DNA of 64,000 bases, taken from assembly GCA_963790305.1 (NCBI GenBank), contig CAWBOC010000007.1:128001-192000 (forward strand), in the 5' to 3' direction. Shown piece after piece: positions 28,200 through 36,917 of the stretch. This DNA comes from an uncultured Gemmatimonadaceae bacterium. Its GTDB lineage: Bacteria > Gemmatimonadota > Gemmatimonadetes > Gemmatimonadales > Gemmatimonadaceae. Position numbers and translations under genes: made by a program. A model generated the notes under the pieces. It saw nothing but the letters and a program-made list of their open reading frames with translations, ran no database searches and was not told the origin of the DNA. Position 1 is the first letter of the stretch. The number at the start of each line of letters is the position of its first letter.

Positions 28200-29852
28200 G
28201 TGCGTTTCACTGTCGTGCGATCCCTTGGCCTTGTCGCCGTAGCCGGACTACTCAGCAGTTGCAATCCGGATCGGCCGTTCCCGACCGAAGGCGACCTCCC
28301 GGCATTGGCGTCGAGCAGCGCCGGCACTCCTGCGGCGCCATCCAGCCTCGCCGCGAGCGCCGTCTCGCCTGGCCAGATCGATCTCGCATGGCGTGATAAC
28401 TCGGCCAATGAATCCGGGTTTGAGGTTCGAGGCTCCTCGGATGGACCTAACGGCTCGTTCACGCTCTGGTCGACAACACCTGCGAACACCACCGCCACGA
28501 GCTTCGCCGGCCTCGGGCCCTCGGAGACGTATTGCTTCAAGGTTCGCGCGTTCGTCACGAAGGGGAAGCAGCTCCATTACTCCGCGTTCTCCAACGCTTC
28601 GTGTGCGACGCTCTCGCCCGCGCCGAGCGCTCCGTCGGGAACCGGGGCCAAGGCCGTCAACAGCACGTCGGTCGGAATCACCTGGACCGACAACTCGAGC
28701 AACGAGGAAGGCTTCCGCGTGGAGCGTGCCGCCGGTGGCTGCGCCGCGACATGGGTGACTGCAGGGGCGACCGGCGCGAACGTCACGTCGTTCATCGACG
28801 GGGGACGGGTCCCGGATCAGGTCGTCTGCTACCGTGTGCGAGCCTTCCATGGTTCGAGCTCCTCCGCGCCATCGATCGAGGCCACGACCGTGCCGCCGAC
28901 AGCGCCGACGAGTCTCACGGTCTCGCGAGCCAGTGCGATGCCTCACCGGGCGATCGACCTGAAGTGGCTCGATAACTCCAGCGCCGAGGACGTCTATCAG
29001 ATCCAACGCGCCCCGTCGGCCGGCGGCCCGTACGAGGCAGTGAGGTATGTCGAGGTCAACTCGACGACCTATCGCGACACCGGCCTCGTCAGCAACACCA
29101 CGTACTGGTATCGCGTGCGCGCCGGCCGAAATACGGGATTCTCAGACTTCTCGAACGAGGCGTCCGCGACCACGGATCCCGCGCCCGCTCCTGCAGTACC
29201 CGCGACGCCGGAAGCCGCCACGGCCGCACCGGCAGGCAGCGCAGTCGCGACCATCAGCTGGACCGACCCCTCCTGGGATGAGGACGGCTTCCGCGTCGAG
29301 CGCTCCCTCGACGGCGGCGCGAGTTGGAGCGTCGCCGGGTCGACCGCCATCGGCGTGACATCGCTGTATGACCATGGGCAACGGAGCGAGGTGGAGCTCT
29401 GTTATCGCGTGACCGCCTTCAACGCCCAGGGTGACTCGCCGCCATCGAACGTCGACTGCACGAGACTGCCCGCAGCGCCGAGTGATGCCAGGTTCACGAC
29501 CGCCAACTCGTTCTTCTGGAAGGACAACTCCGGCACCGAAACCGGTTACCAGATCTGGTACTGCAACGAGGCGATTGGTTGCGATCACCTCGTAAGCCTG
29601 CCGGCGAACTCGCAGAGCTACGAGCCATCGTCGGTCATCCCGAGCGGGTTCTACTACCTTTTCGCCACGTATGACGGGGGCATGTCTGACGAGGTGCTCT
29701 TCGTCGAGACGTCGGGCGAAGGCATTGCCTGGTCAGCGAGCACACGGACGAATCCGCATCGCGCAACCGACATCGCGCCACGTGTGTGTGTACGTCAGTC
29801 TGGCCGGGACAATGTCATTGTCTCTCTTCGGCGCGGAGGTGTGTCATGCTGA
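28200..29852 (+). CDS. Fibronectin type III repeat lipoprotein
   Basis: AGGAGG before GTG 28200; lipobox LLSSC; five W-x-D-N/P-S...Y-x-V repeats. Confidence 0.88.
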   Translation: MRFTVVRSLGLVAVAGLLSSCNPDRPFPTEGDLPALASSSAGTPAAPSSLAASAVSPGQIDLAWRDNSANESGFEVRGSSDGPNGSFTLWSTTPANTTATSFAGLGPSETYCFKVRAFVTKGKQLHYSAFSNASCATLSPAPSAPSGTGAKAVNSTSVGITWTDNSSNEEGFRVERAAGGCAATWVTAGATGANVTSFIDGGRVPDQVVCYRVRAFHGSSSSAPSIEATTVPPTAPTSLTVSRASAMPHRAIDLKWLDNSSAEDVYQIQRAPSAGGPYEAVRYVEVNSTTYRDTGLVSNTTYWYRVRAGRNTGFSDFSNEASATTDPAPAPAVPATPEAATAAPAGSAVATISWTDPSWDEDGFRVERSLDGGASWSVAGSTAIGVTSLYDHGQRSEVELCYRVTAFNAQGDSPPSNVDCTRLPAAPSDARFTTANSFFWKDNSGTETGYQIWYCNEAIGCDHLVSLPANSQSYEPSSVIPSGFYYLFATYDGGMSDEVLFVETSGEGIAWSASTRTNPHRATDIAPRVCVRQSGRDNVIVSLRRGGVSC

Positions 29853-30424
29853 CGCTCGCAAGACCGGTCGCGGTAGTCGGGCTGGTTGCGCTCCAAGCGT
29901 GCTTCGATGCCTCGCGCGATCCGGTGGCCACCGAACCGCCGGCGTTAGGCGGGGTAGCGCCGGCGTTCGCGATCGAGAACGGAGACCCCGGGCGGCGGAT
30001 CTTCCTGCGCGACCAGTGCGACCCGACGGACCCGACGTGGGCAGGTGGGTGCAGGCTGCCGAAGGGGAACGTCACTGTCGCCGAGTTCCAGGCGGCGTTC
30101 GCGGAGCACGGGGGGCATCCGCTGTGGCGGTTTTCTCCGATCGCGGCGGCCGTCGAGAGCGGGGAGACGCTCGAGATCGTGAACGTGGGCGGCAGGGTGC
30201 ACACCTTCACCCGCGTCGCCGCATTCGGCGGAGGGGCGGTCCCTGGGCTGAACAACGGTCAGCCGACGATCCCGGAGTGCCGAACTCCACCCCCGCTCGT
30301 GCGCGTCCTGCCGCAGGGCACGTCGTCGATCACCTTCACCGGTAGTGGGGAGCAGCTCTTCATGTGCTGTTTTCATCCGTGGATGCGGTCGATCATTCAC
30401 GTCAGGGAGCACCAAGGGAGCTGA
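29846..30424 (+). CDS. Cupredoxin-like lipoprotein
   Basis: Lipobox LQAC; HTFT and C-C-F-H-P-W-M copper-ligand pattern. Confidence 0.8.
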   Translation: MLTLARPVAVVGLVALQACFDASRDPVATEPPALGGVAPAFAIENGDPGRRIFLRDQCDPTDPTWAGGCRLPKGNVTVAEFQAAFAEHGGHPLWRFSPIAAAVESGETLEIVNVGGRVHTFTRVAAFGGGAVPGLNNGQPTIPECRTPPPLVRVLPQGTSSITFTGSGEQLFMCCFHPWMRSIIHVREHQGS

Positions 30425-30435
30425 AGCGGGCGTTC

Positions 30436-30507
30436 GAGTGGAGAGTGGAGAGTGGAGAGTGGAGAGTGGGGAGTGCACTCCCCACTCCCCACGCCCCACT
30501 CTCCACT
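30436..30507. repeat. Heptamer inverted-repeat element (GGAGAGT/GGGGAGT arms) between convergent genes
   Basis: (gagtgga)x4-gagtggg-gagtgcactc-cccactccccacgccccactctccact; abuts the TAG at 30506-30508. Confidence 0.95.
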
Positions 30508-32677
30508 ACCTGGCCAGCGGATCCGGCCGGAGCTGGAACCGGTACGCCTTGGGGGTGGTCCCCTTCCCCCCTCCATATGGAAGGGCGCGCGCGTGCTGAT
30601 GGTGGCCCAGAGACCCCGCCCCTTCCAGCCGGCGTCCGCATCGTCGATGCGGCCGTCGAGCCACTTGGTGTAGAACCCCATCGGATACGGCACACGAAGG
30701 ACGACGAACTTGCCGTCCTTCAGGACGAGAAGCCCTTCGGACTGGTTCCCTGTGTTGATCGGCACGTTCTCGCCGAGGCCGAGCGTGTTGAACTGGTCCA
30801 CCCAGGTGTAGTAGCTCCCTTCCCCACCACCCGGACTGGTGACGTTGCCGAGCTGCGGGAGAGGCTCGACGTAGAAGGTCCATCCCCTCCGGACAGTGCT
30901 GGCCCGTCGCGTTAGGCCCGTTGAGCGGTCCGCGGCACTTGCGCCGGTCGAAGCTGGCCATGTGTCCGCTCGCCAGCGCGGCCCAGTACACGCCGTTCCG
31001 ATCTACGTCACCGCCGCGCGGAGAGAAGCCCGCGTTCGCGACGGCCGGGTTGTTCCACGGTACCTCGAAGACCTCGGTGAGCGCGGTCTCGGACGGATTC
31101 GCGCCGGGGGTCATCCGGAATACCGCGCCGGGGAACCCGAACATCGTTCCCCACACCGATCCGTCCGGCGCCGGCGCCAGCGCGTACGGACCGCCGCCGT
31201 ACTGCCCCGGCTGAATGCGCTTGTCCTTGGTGGGATCGGCGGGCGCGTTAGGCTCGACGTACTCGTCGCGCCGACCGTTGCCGTTCATGTCCATGATCAG
31301 CGGGGTCCATCCCTGCGCCCTTTCCTCGTCGCCCGTCTCGTCCCACAGCCTGGTGTTCAACCACCCGATTACCTGCCCGCCACCGCTCGTCCACAGCGTT
31401 CGGTTGGCATCCTCGGCGAACATCAGGTGGTGCGTGCCGAAGCAGGTGCCGACGTGTTTCAGCTCCTTCGTCTTTGGATCGTACACGGCCAGGTGGCGGC
31501 CGGAGTTGTTGAGCGGGAAGACGCGAGCCGACGGATGGCTCGACCCCGCCTTGCAGAAGTCCGGGTTGTCGGGCGGACGAACCCTGGAGGTGATCCAGAC
31601 GCGCCCCGTCTCGTCGAACATCGGGTTGTGCACGTTCGCCTTGCTGGTCCAAATCGCCTCGGTGGACCAGTAGGGCGAGGGGCCAGCCACCTGCGGCGGC
31701 GCGGCCCGCGGAGTGTTGGGATCGCGCACCGTAACCGGCACTCGCGTCACCGTATGGGTCGTCGGGTCGAGCACCGGCATGTAGTCGGCGCTCGCCTCGA
31801 GCACGCCGTACACCAGACCGTTCGCGTTGACGGTGGGATTGCGGCGGTCGGTCGAGACCAGGTCGTGCATGTACGCTTTCGGGTCGGCCCAGTCCCACAT
31901 GGTGATGACGACGTTGCGCTCGATCCCCTGCGGGCGCGGCGGCGTGGGCGGGACCTCGCCCGACGCGATCCGGTCGGTCCAGTCGGCGAACATCCGCAGC
32001 GTGCGCGGGCCCATCTGCTGCACCGAGCCAAACATCGCCCCCCCTGCCTGGCCGGCCTTCAGCCGCTGCTCCCACGCCTTCACGGAGGACTCGAAGGTGC
32101 CGAGCGCGGGGTGCAGCTCGCGCGTCCCCTTGCTCCCCATCTGATGGCAGCCCAGGCAGGAGTTGTTCTTCACCAGCCGGACGAACTCTGCCTGGGTCCT
32201 GAAGTTCGGGTTGAGCCCATTCCCCTCGGGGCCGGTGCCGGGGAATTCGCTTTCAGCTGGGACTCGCATCAGCGAGTACCAGTACCCGGCCGGGTAAAAC
32301 TCCGCCGCGGCGCGCGGATTCGGCGCCGCGGTCGCGCGCAGATTCAGCGTCGTCCCGCGCTCCACCCGCTGCTTCGGCGAGTCGACCAGCCCGTACCCGC
32401 GCACCCAGACGTCGTACCTCGCCTCCGGGAGGTCGGGAACGAGGTAGCGCCCGTGATCGTCGGTCACGACGATTTTGGCGAACTTCGTCGGGAGGTCGGA
32501 GGTCTCGGCGATCACCCACACCCCGGCCTCGGGGCCGCTTGCCCCCGTCACCACCCCAGCGATGTCGTCGCGATCGATCGGCGTCCCGCCGCGGGCGGTG
32601 CGCGCGCTGCAGGCCGCCCAGAGCAGTGCGCAGGTGGCCACCGTCGCAACCGCGAAGAGTGCCTTCGTCACCTTCAT
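30506..32677 (-). CDS. Secreted carboxypeptidase-regulatory-like domain + CxxCH + propeller-like protein; compensating frameshifts near 30880 and 30565
   Basis: EAGVWVIAET, WVRGYGL, CLGCH; plausible C-terminal segment DQFNTLGLG...WKGRGLW lies in another frame. Confidence 0.8.
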   Translation of the reverse strand: MKVTKALFAVATVATCALLWAACSARTARGGTPIDRDDIAGVVTGASGPEAGVWVIAETSDLPTKFAKIVVTDDHGRYLVPDLPEARYDVWVRGYGLVDSPKQRVERGTTLNLRATAAPNPRAAAEFYPAGYWYSLMRVPAESEFPGTGPEGNGLNPNFRTQAEFVRLVKNNSCLGCHQMGSKGTRELHPALGTFESSVKAWEQRLKAGQAGGAMFGSVQQMGPRTLRMFADWTDRIASGEVPPTPPRPQGIERNVVITMWDWADPKAYMHDLVSTDRRNPTVNANGLVYGVLEASADYMPVLDPTTHTVTRVPVTVRDPNTPRAAPPQVAGPSPYWSTEAIWTSKANVHNPMFDETGRVWITSRVRPPDNPDFCKAGSSHPSARVFPLNNSGRHLAVYDPKTKELKHVGTCFGTHHLMFAEDANRTLWTSGGGQVIGWLNTRLWDETGDEERAQGWTPLIMDMNGNGRRDEYVEPNAPADPTKDKRIQPGQYGGGPYALAPAPDGSVWGTMFGFPGAVFRMTPGANPSETALTEVFEVPWNNPAVANAGFSPRGGDVDRNGVYWAALASGHMASFDRRKCRGPLNGPNATGQHCPEGMDLLRRASPAARQRHQSGWWGRELLHLGGPVQHARPRRERADQHREPVRRASRPEGRQVRRPSCAVSDGVLHQVARRPHRRCGRRLEGAGSLGHHQHARALPYGGGKGTTPKAYRFQLRPDPLAR

Positions 32678-32751
32678 CTGCCAGCTCCGTTGATGGTTCC
32701 GCCGGTTACGCCCGATCAGTCTCGCTCCGGCGATGTCGTGCGAAGACGAGT

Positions 32752-33824
32752 TCAGTTGGGGTGAGGCTGCTGCGCATAATGCTTCCTCAGCAGATCGCCT
32801 CCGAAGTCGTTCTCCAGGTCGCGCCACACCGTGTGGATGTGGTTCGCGCTGCCCTGTGAGTTGTCGTACTCGACCAGTACGGTAGGCCCGTGGATGCGGT
32901 AGTAGTGCGGGGTGCCGGGCTGGTGCGAGCCAGCCCAGGCGAAGTGGAGGCGCTCGAACCCGGCATCGTCGATACGCTGCAGTTGCCTATGTGCCGACGA
33001 GTCAGCCATCCGTCCGGCGTACAATTCGAGCAGCCGGCGCAGCTGCCGCTGCTGGGCGGTCGTCATCTCGGCCGCGGGCAGGCCGGCGAAGGTCATAGGT
33101 GTCACCGTCGGATCGTGCCCGTGACAATGTCCCCGAATGTCTGCGCGGCGATGCTGGCGCGGGCGCGTTGCTGAGGATCGAGCATCTGTAGCAGCTCGAA
33201 GGCGAGGTCCTCTTCCCCAGCGAGCAGTCGATGCCCTTCCTTGGGGCCGCTGGGGACGCGCGCCGGGTTGGCACCCATGAAGAGCGGTGCGACGATCTGT
33301 CCGTGAGGGCCGAGCTCCGTGACGTTCACGGAGAGGTGATGGCCCTCGAAGCGCCAGCCCCAGGGCTGCGTAGCGCCCGGCCCGACGAAGAGTGCGAAGT
33401 AGTAGAGCTCCGGATCGCGCCGAAGCATTACGCGACTCAACAGTCCTTCGAGTTCGCCGAGCGTGCCTTCGAGCTCGATGATGCCGCGCGCGAGCCCGGT
33501 GCCACGCTTACTCAAACCGGTGCCAAGCAGTCCGAACGCTGCTGCACGTTGTTCGGCCTCCATCGCCTTCAGAGGAATGCCGGCGCGCTTCTGCGGCACG
33601 TACGCCCACTTGGTGCGCTCCGGATCGTCGAAGGGAAACGAGGCGGCGGCCCGCTTCGAAGCGTTCAGCGTCGACAGAAACGTTCGTGCGGTCACGGGCA
33701 ATGCCGATGTGTCGAGGCCGCGTGCTCGGTCCGCGTTCCGGGGCGGTTGGGCACCGCAGCCAAGAAGCGCCACGGAGAGGATGGCGGGGAGCAAGCATGC
33801 CAATCTGAGTTGGATGCCCGTCAC
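32752..33824 (-). CDS. DUF3500 family protein, frameshifted near 33110
   Basis: WGWRFEGHHLS, PLFMGANP; then HYYRIHGP, EYDN, HIHTVWRD...DFG in the second ORF. Confidence 0.85.
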
Positions 33825-35107
33825 TCGCAGCTCACTGCCGGCTGGAAGACCTGGTTGAGCAAGCTGCCGTGGTTGCCGCCGATATGGATGCCGCCACCGG
33901 TGACCCAGATCAGGTCATTTACGAAGGCTGAGCCGTAGACGCCGTGAACGGGGATAGGCATGTCGCCCAGGCGTGACCATTGATCGGTCCGACGATCGTA
34001 GTAGTCATGGTCGGCGAACATGCCGGCCGGCCCCTCGCCGCCCCAGACGTGGAAGCAGCCCCGGGCCATGACCCCGTTCATGCCGCTGCGGGCGCGCAGC
34101 ATGGGGGCTGCGGTGGTCCAGGTCCGCGTCTGTGGGTCGAAGACCTCATGCGCGGTCGTCATCTGGGGCGACAATCCATGGCCGAGACGCCCTCCGACGA
34201 CGTGGATGCGGCCGTTGATAGCCGCGCCGGTAAGGTGGTTGCGCTGGGTGGGCAGGTTCGGCAGCACCTCCCAGGTATTGGTCGCAGGGTCGTAGACGGC
34301 GAAGTCGTTTCCGCGCGGCGGACGTCCACCGGCGACGTAGATTTTTCCGTCGAGCACGACGGCCACCCCGGCGCCGCGCGCCGTGGGCATCGGCGCCTTC
34401 GTGACCCATGCACCCGTGGCGGGATCCAGCTCGTAGACGGTGCTCTGGTAGCCCTGATCGGAGACATCCGAGGTCTGGCCGCCGATCAGGTAGATCTTTC
34501 CGTTGACGCTGGCCGCCATCCCGTGGTTGTTAGGCTGCGGGAGCGGCGGTCCGAGCTCCCAGCGGTCGCTCGCGATGTCGTAGATCTGGACCGTACGGGC
34601 GGTCTGCCGACTCGCAGGATAGCCGCCAAGGAGGTAGAGCTTGCCGTTCGACTCGGCGAGCGCCAGCTCGGAGTTCGGTTCGATCAATTCGCCCCGGAGC
34701 GCCCATTCGCCGCTCAGCGTCAGCTCGACGTCGTGGGTGTTGGTCCCCGCACTCAGACTGATGCTCTCCGACCGCGGAGCAAAGTCCGGAGCGCTGGTAA
34801 GTATCGTTGCGCTGCCGACCGGCAGATTCCGAAGCTCGAATCGTCCGTCAGCGCCGGTTGTCGCGGTTGCGCTTCCGATTTTCACCGATGCGCCTGCAAT
34901 GACACCTCCCGTGTCGGCTCCGACGACGCCGGACACGATCGCAGTCGCGGCCGGGTCGCCAGGGTTACTCCCCCCGCACGCGGCCACAGCAATCGGTGCT
35001 GCTAAAGCTATCGTGAGCGCAGAAATCAATGTCGAGACTCGCACGAGGATCGTCGCTCCTGTCCATGCACTCATGTGTCGATGTCCACCCATCTGCAGTA
35101 CATGCAT
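33821..35107 (-). CDS. Kelch-repeat lipoprotein with carboxypeptidase-regulatory-like domain; start uncertain
   Basis: Repeated GKIYxxGG...YD...W units; lipobox VAAC. Confidence 0.88.
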   Translation of the reverse strand: MHVLQMGGHRHMSAWTGATILVRVSTLISALTIALAAPIAVAACGGSNPGDPAATAIVSGVVGADTGGVIAGASVKIGSATATTGADGRFELRNLPVGSATILTSAPDFAPRSESISLSAGTNTHDVELTLSGEWALRGELIEPNSELALAESNGKLYLLGGYPASRQTARTVQIYDIASDRWELGPPLPQPNNHGMAASVNGKIYLIGGQTSDVSDQGYQSTVYELDPATGAWVTKAPMPTARGAGVAVVLDGKIYVAGGRPPRGNDFAVYDPATNTWEVLPNLPTQRNHLTGAAINGRIHVVGGRLGHGLSPQMTTAHEVFDPQTRTWTTAAPMLRARSGMNGVMARGCFHVWGGEGPAGMFADHDYYDRRTDQWSRLGDMPIPVHGVYGSAFVNDLIWVTGGGIHIGGNHGSLLNQVFQPAVSCE

Positions 35108-35119
35108 AACGATTCCCTT

Positions 35120-36064
35120 CTACCGGGGGTCGAGACCGACCTGTTCGTGCAGCCAGTCATGCCTATCGAACAAGGCCTGTTGATTGAGTCCGTGTCCCGC
35201 GGCATACCAGCGGATCGTCGTTAGGTCCGGCGCGGCTGCGTGCAACGCCTGCGCATCGGCCTCGGGTACCAGGTTGTCCAACTGTCCGTTCTGCAGCAAC
35301 AACGCAGTGGGCGACGCGTGGGGAATGAATCGAATCGGCTCTATCGGTGTCATGGCCCCGAGCCAGTCGACACGTGTCGCACAGGACAGACTGGCCATGA
35401 AGTTGGAATCTTCCGGGCCGGTGAAGTGCGAAACGAGGCCGCCGTCTCCTACCACGAGCACCGCGGCCTTGATGCGCCGTTCGACGCCGACGAACAGCGC
35501 ACCCATCGCCCCACCGTAACTGATGCCAAGGTAGGCAAGGCGCTCATCGTCGACGTTGGCCTGTGCGCGCAACACATCGACGGCGCGTTGCAGATCCTTG
35601 ATCAGCTGGATCTGCTCGGCCCGATCCTCAGTGCTGAACCGGACGGCCGGTCCGCTGCGGCGAGCAAACGGGGCATCGATCGCAATCACTACCGCGCCGA
35701 AATCCGCGAGCAGCTGGGCCTGAGTCGCCATGACGCGCGCGTTGCCGGGCATGCCGTGCATCAACACGATGCCGGGGCGCAGACTCGAGCGGGTGACCGG
35801 ATCGAACAGCAGTCCGGTGACACGTCCGCCGTCGGGACTGTTGAAGGAGATGCCGCTGACCTCCACGCCATTGCTCGTGGATTCCACCGCCTTTTGCAGG
35901 TTCAGTGGCGCATTGACGTCATAGGCGAACAGGTCTCGCTCTGGCGCGGTCGCCACGCCGAACTCCGGGCGTGCGACCGCACAGGAATCGACGGCGGGCA
36001 CCCCGGCCGTGGGCCCTGCGCAGGCGGACACGAACACGGCGGCAAGCGCTACTGTCGGCTTCAT
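35120..36064 (-). CDS. Alpha/beta hydrolase lipoprotein
   Basis: GISYG nucleophile elbow, D (QLDNLV), H (AGHGL); lipobox VSAC. Confidence 0.85.
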   Translation of the reverse strand: MKPTVALAAVFVSACAGPTAGVPAVDSCAVARPEFGVATAPERDLFAYDVNAPLNLQKAVESTSNGVEVSGISFNSPDGGRVTGLLFDPVTRSSLRPGIVLMHGMPGNARVMATQAQLLADFGAVVIAIDAPFARRSGPAVRFSTEDRAEQIQLIKDLQRAVDVLRAQANVDDERLAYLGISYGGAMGALFVGVERRIKAAVLVVGDGGLVSHFTGPEDSNFMASLSCATRVDWLGAMTPIEPIRFIPHASPTALLLQNGQLDNLVPEADAQALHAAAPDLTTIRWYAAGHGLNQQALFDRHDWLHEQVGLDPR

Positions 36065-36152
36065 CGACGCTCTCCAGCGAAGTTCATCGATATGTCGTCG
36101 GCCCTCACGCTGTCGTATAACACCCGATGACACACAGATAGCGTCACGTGGA

Positions 36153-36223
36153 CGAGTGGGGAGTGGAGAGTGGAGAGTGGGCGCTTCCCCACTCCCCACT
36201 CTCCACTCCCCACTCTCCACTCG
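36153..36223. repeat. Heptamer inverted-repeat element
   Basis: cgagtggggagtggagagtggagagtgg-gcgcttc-cccactccccactctccactccccactctccactcg; 4 nt from the stop at 36228. Confidence 0.95.
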
Positions 36224-36227
36224 CCGT

Positions 36228-36917
36228 TCAGTACTTGACTTCGCACCCATACGGCTGTGTTTGCGAGACCGCAATCGGCCGGCCTGCCAGTCCTGAGTCG
36301 AGCGCGGCGCGGACGTAGTTCGTGGCGCCCGCTATGTCCTTGGCGCTCGACGTCTGCCGGTTGTCGATCGCACCGCTGTAGCGAAGCACACCCTGGGGAT
36401 CGATGATCGCGTATTGCGGCGTGTTGCGCGCTCCGTAAAGCCGTCCCAGCACGCCCGCTGTGTCGCGGATAATGGCAGTCGGCGCCGCGCCTTTCTTGCG
36501 AGCCATGTCGTCGGCCTTCTCCGCTGACGCGTACCCCTGTCTTCCCGGACCCGACGATACGACCGAGAGCCAGATTACCCCGCGCTTCGTGTACTCCTGC
36601 TGCATCGCCTGCGAGTTCCCGATTCCGTTCACAAGGGCGTAGTGCTTCTTGGTGTACGGGCATCCGTGGTTGAACCACTCGAGGACGACCCATTTGCCGG
36701 CGTAGTCGGCGAGCGAGTGCGATCTGCCGCGTGTATCGGCGGCCGTGAATGCCGGCGCGGGGCCGCCGACCGCCAAGAGCTCCGGCAGGCTCTCCGGGTC
36801 CGCGCTGGCGGCGATCCGGCGTGCGGCGACGGCGCCGACGAGCAACAGTGCAACGACGACAATGGCGAAGATGCGCAGCTTGCGGGATCGGGGTTTTGGG
36901 GGGGTCGTGTCAGTCAT
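36228..36917 (-). CDS. Redoxin (AhpC/TSA-like thioredoxin fold) protein
   Basis: VVLEWFNHGCPY, YGARNTP, YSGAID, PYGC. Confidence 0.88.
   Translation of the reverse strand: MTDTTPPKPRSRKLRIFAIVVVALLLVGAVAARRIAASADPESLPELLAVGGPAPAFTAADTRGRSHSLADYAGKWVVLEWFNHGCPYTKKHYALVNGIGNSQAMQQEYTKRGVIWLSVVSSGPGRQGYASAEKADDMARKKGAAPTAIIRDTAGVLGRLYGARNTPQYAIIDPQGVLRYSGAIDNRQTSSAKDIAGATNYVRAALDSGLAGRPIAVSQTQPYGCEVKY

Noticed and set aside
30896..32764. Long antisense ORFs (also 40010-41341, 17700-18917, 5413-6510 and others)
   Set aside because: Shadows of real genes on the opposite strand, expected at high GC; no recognisable motifs
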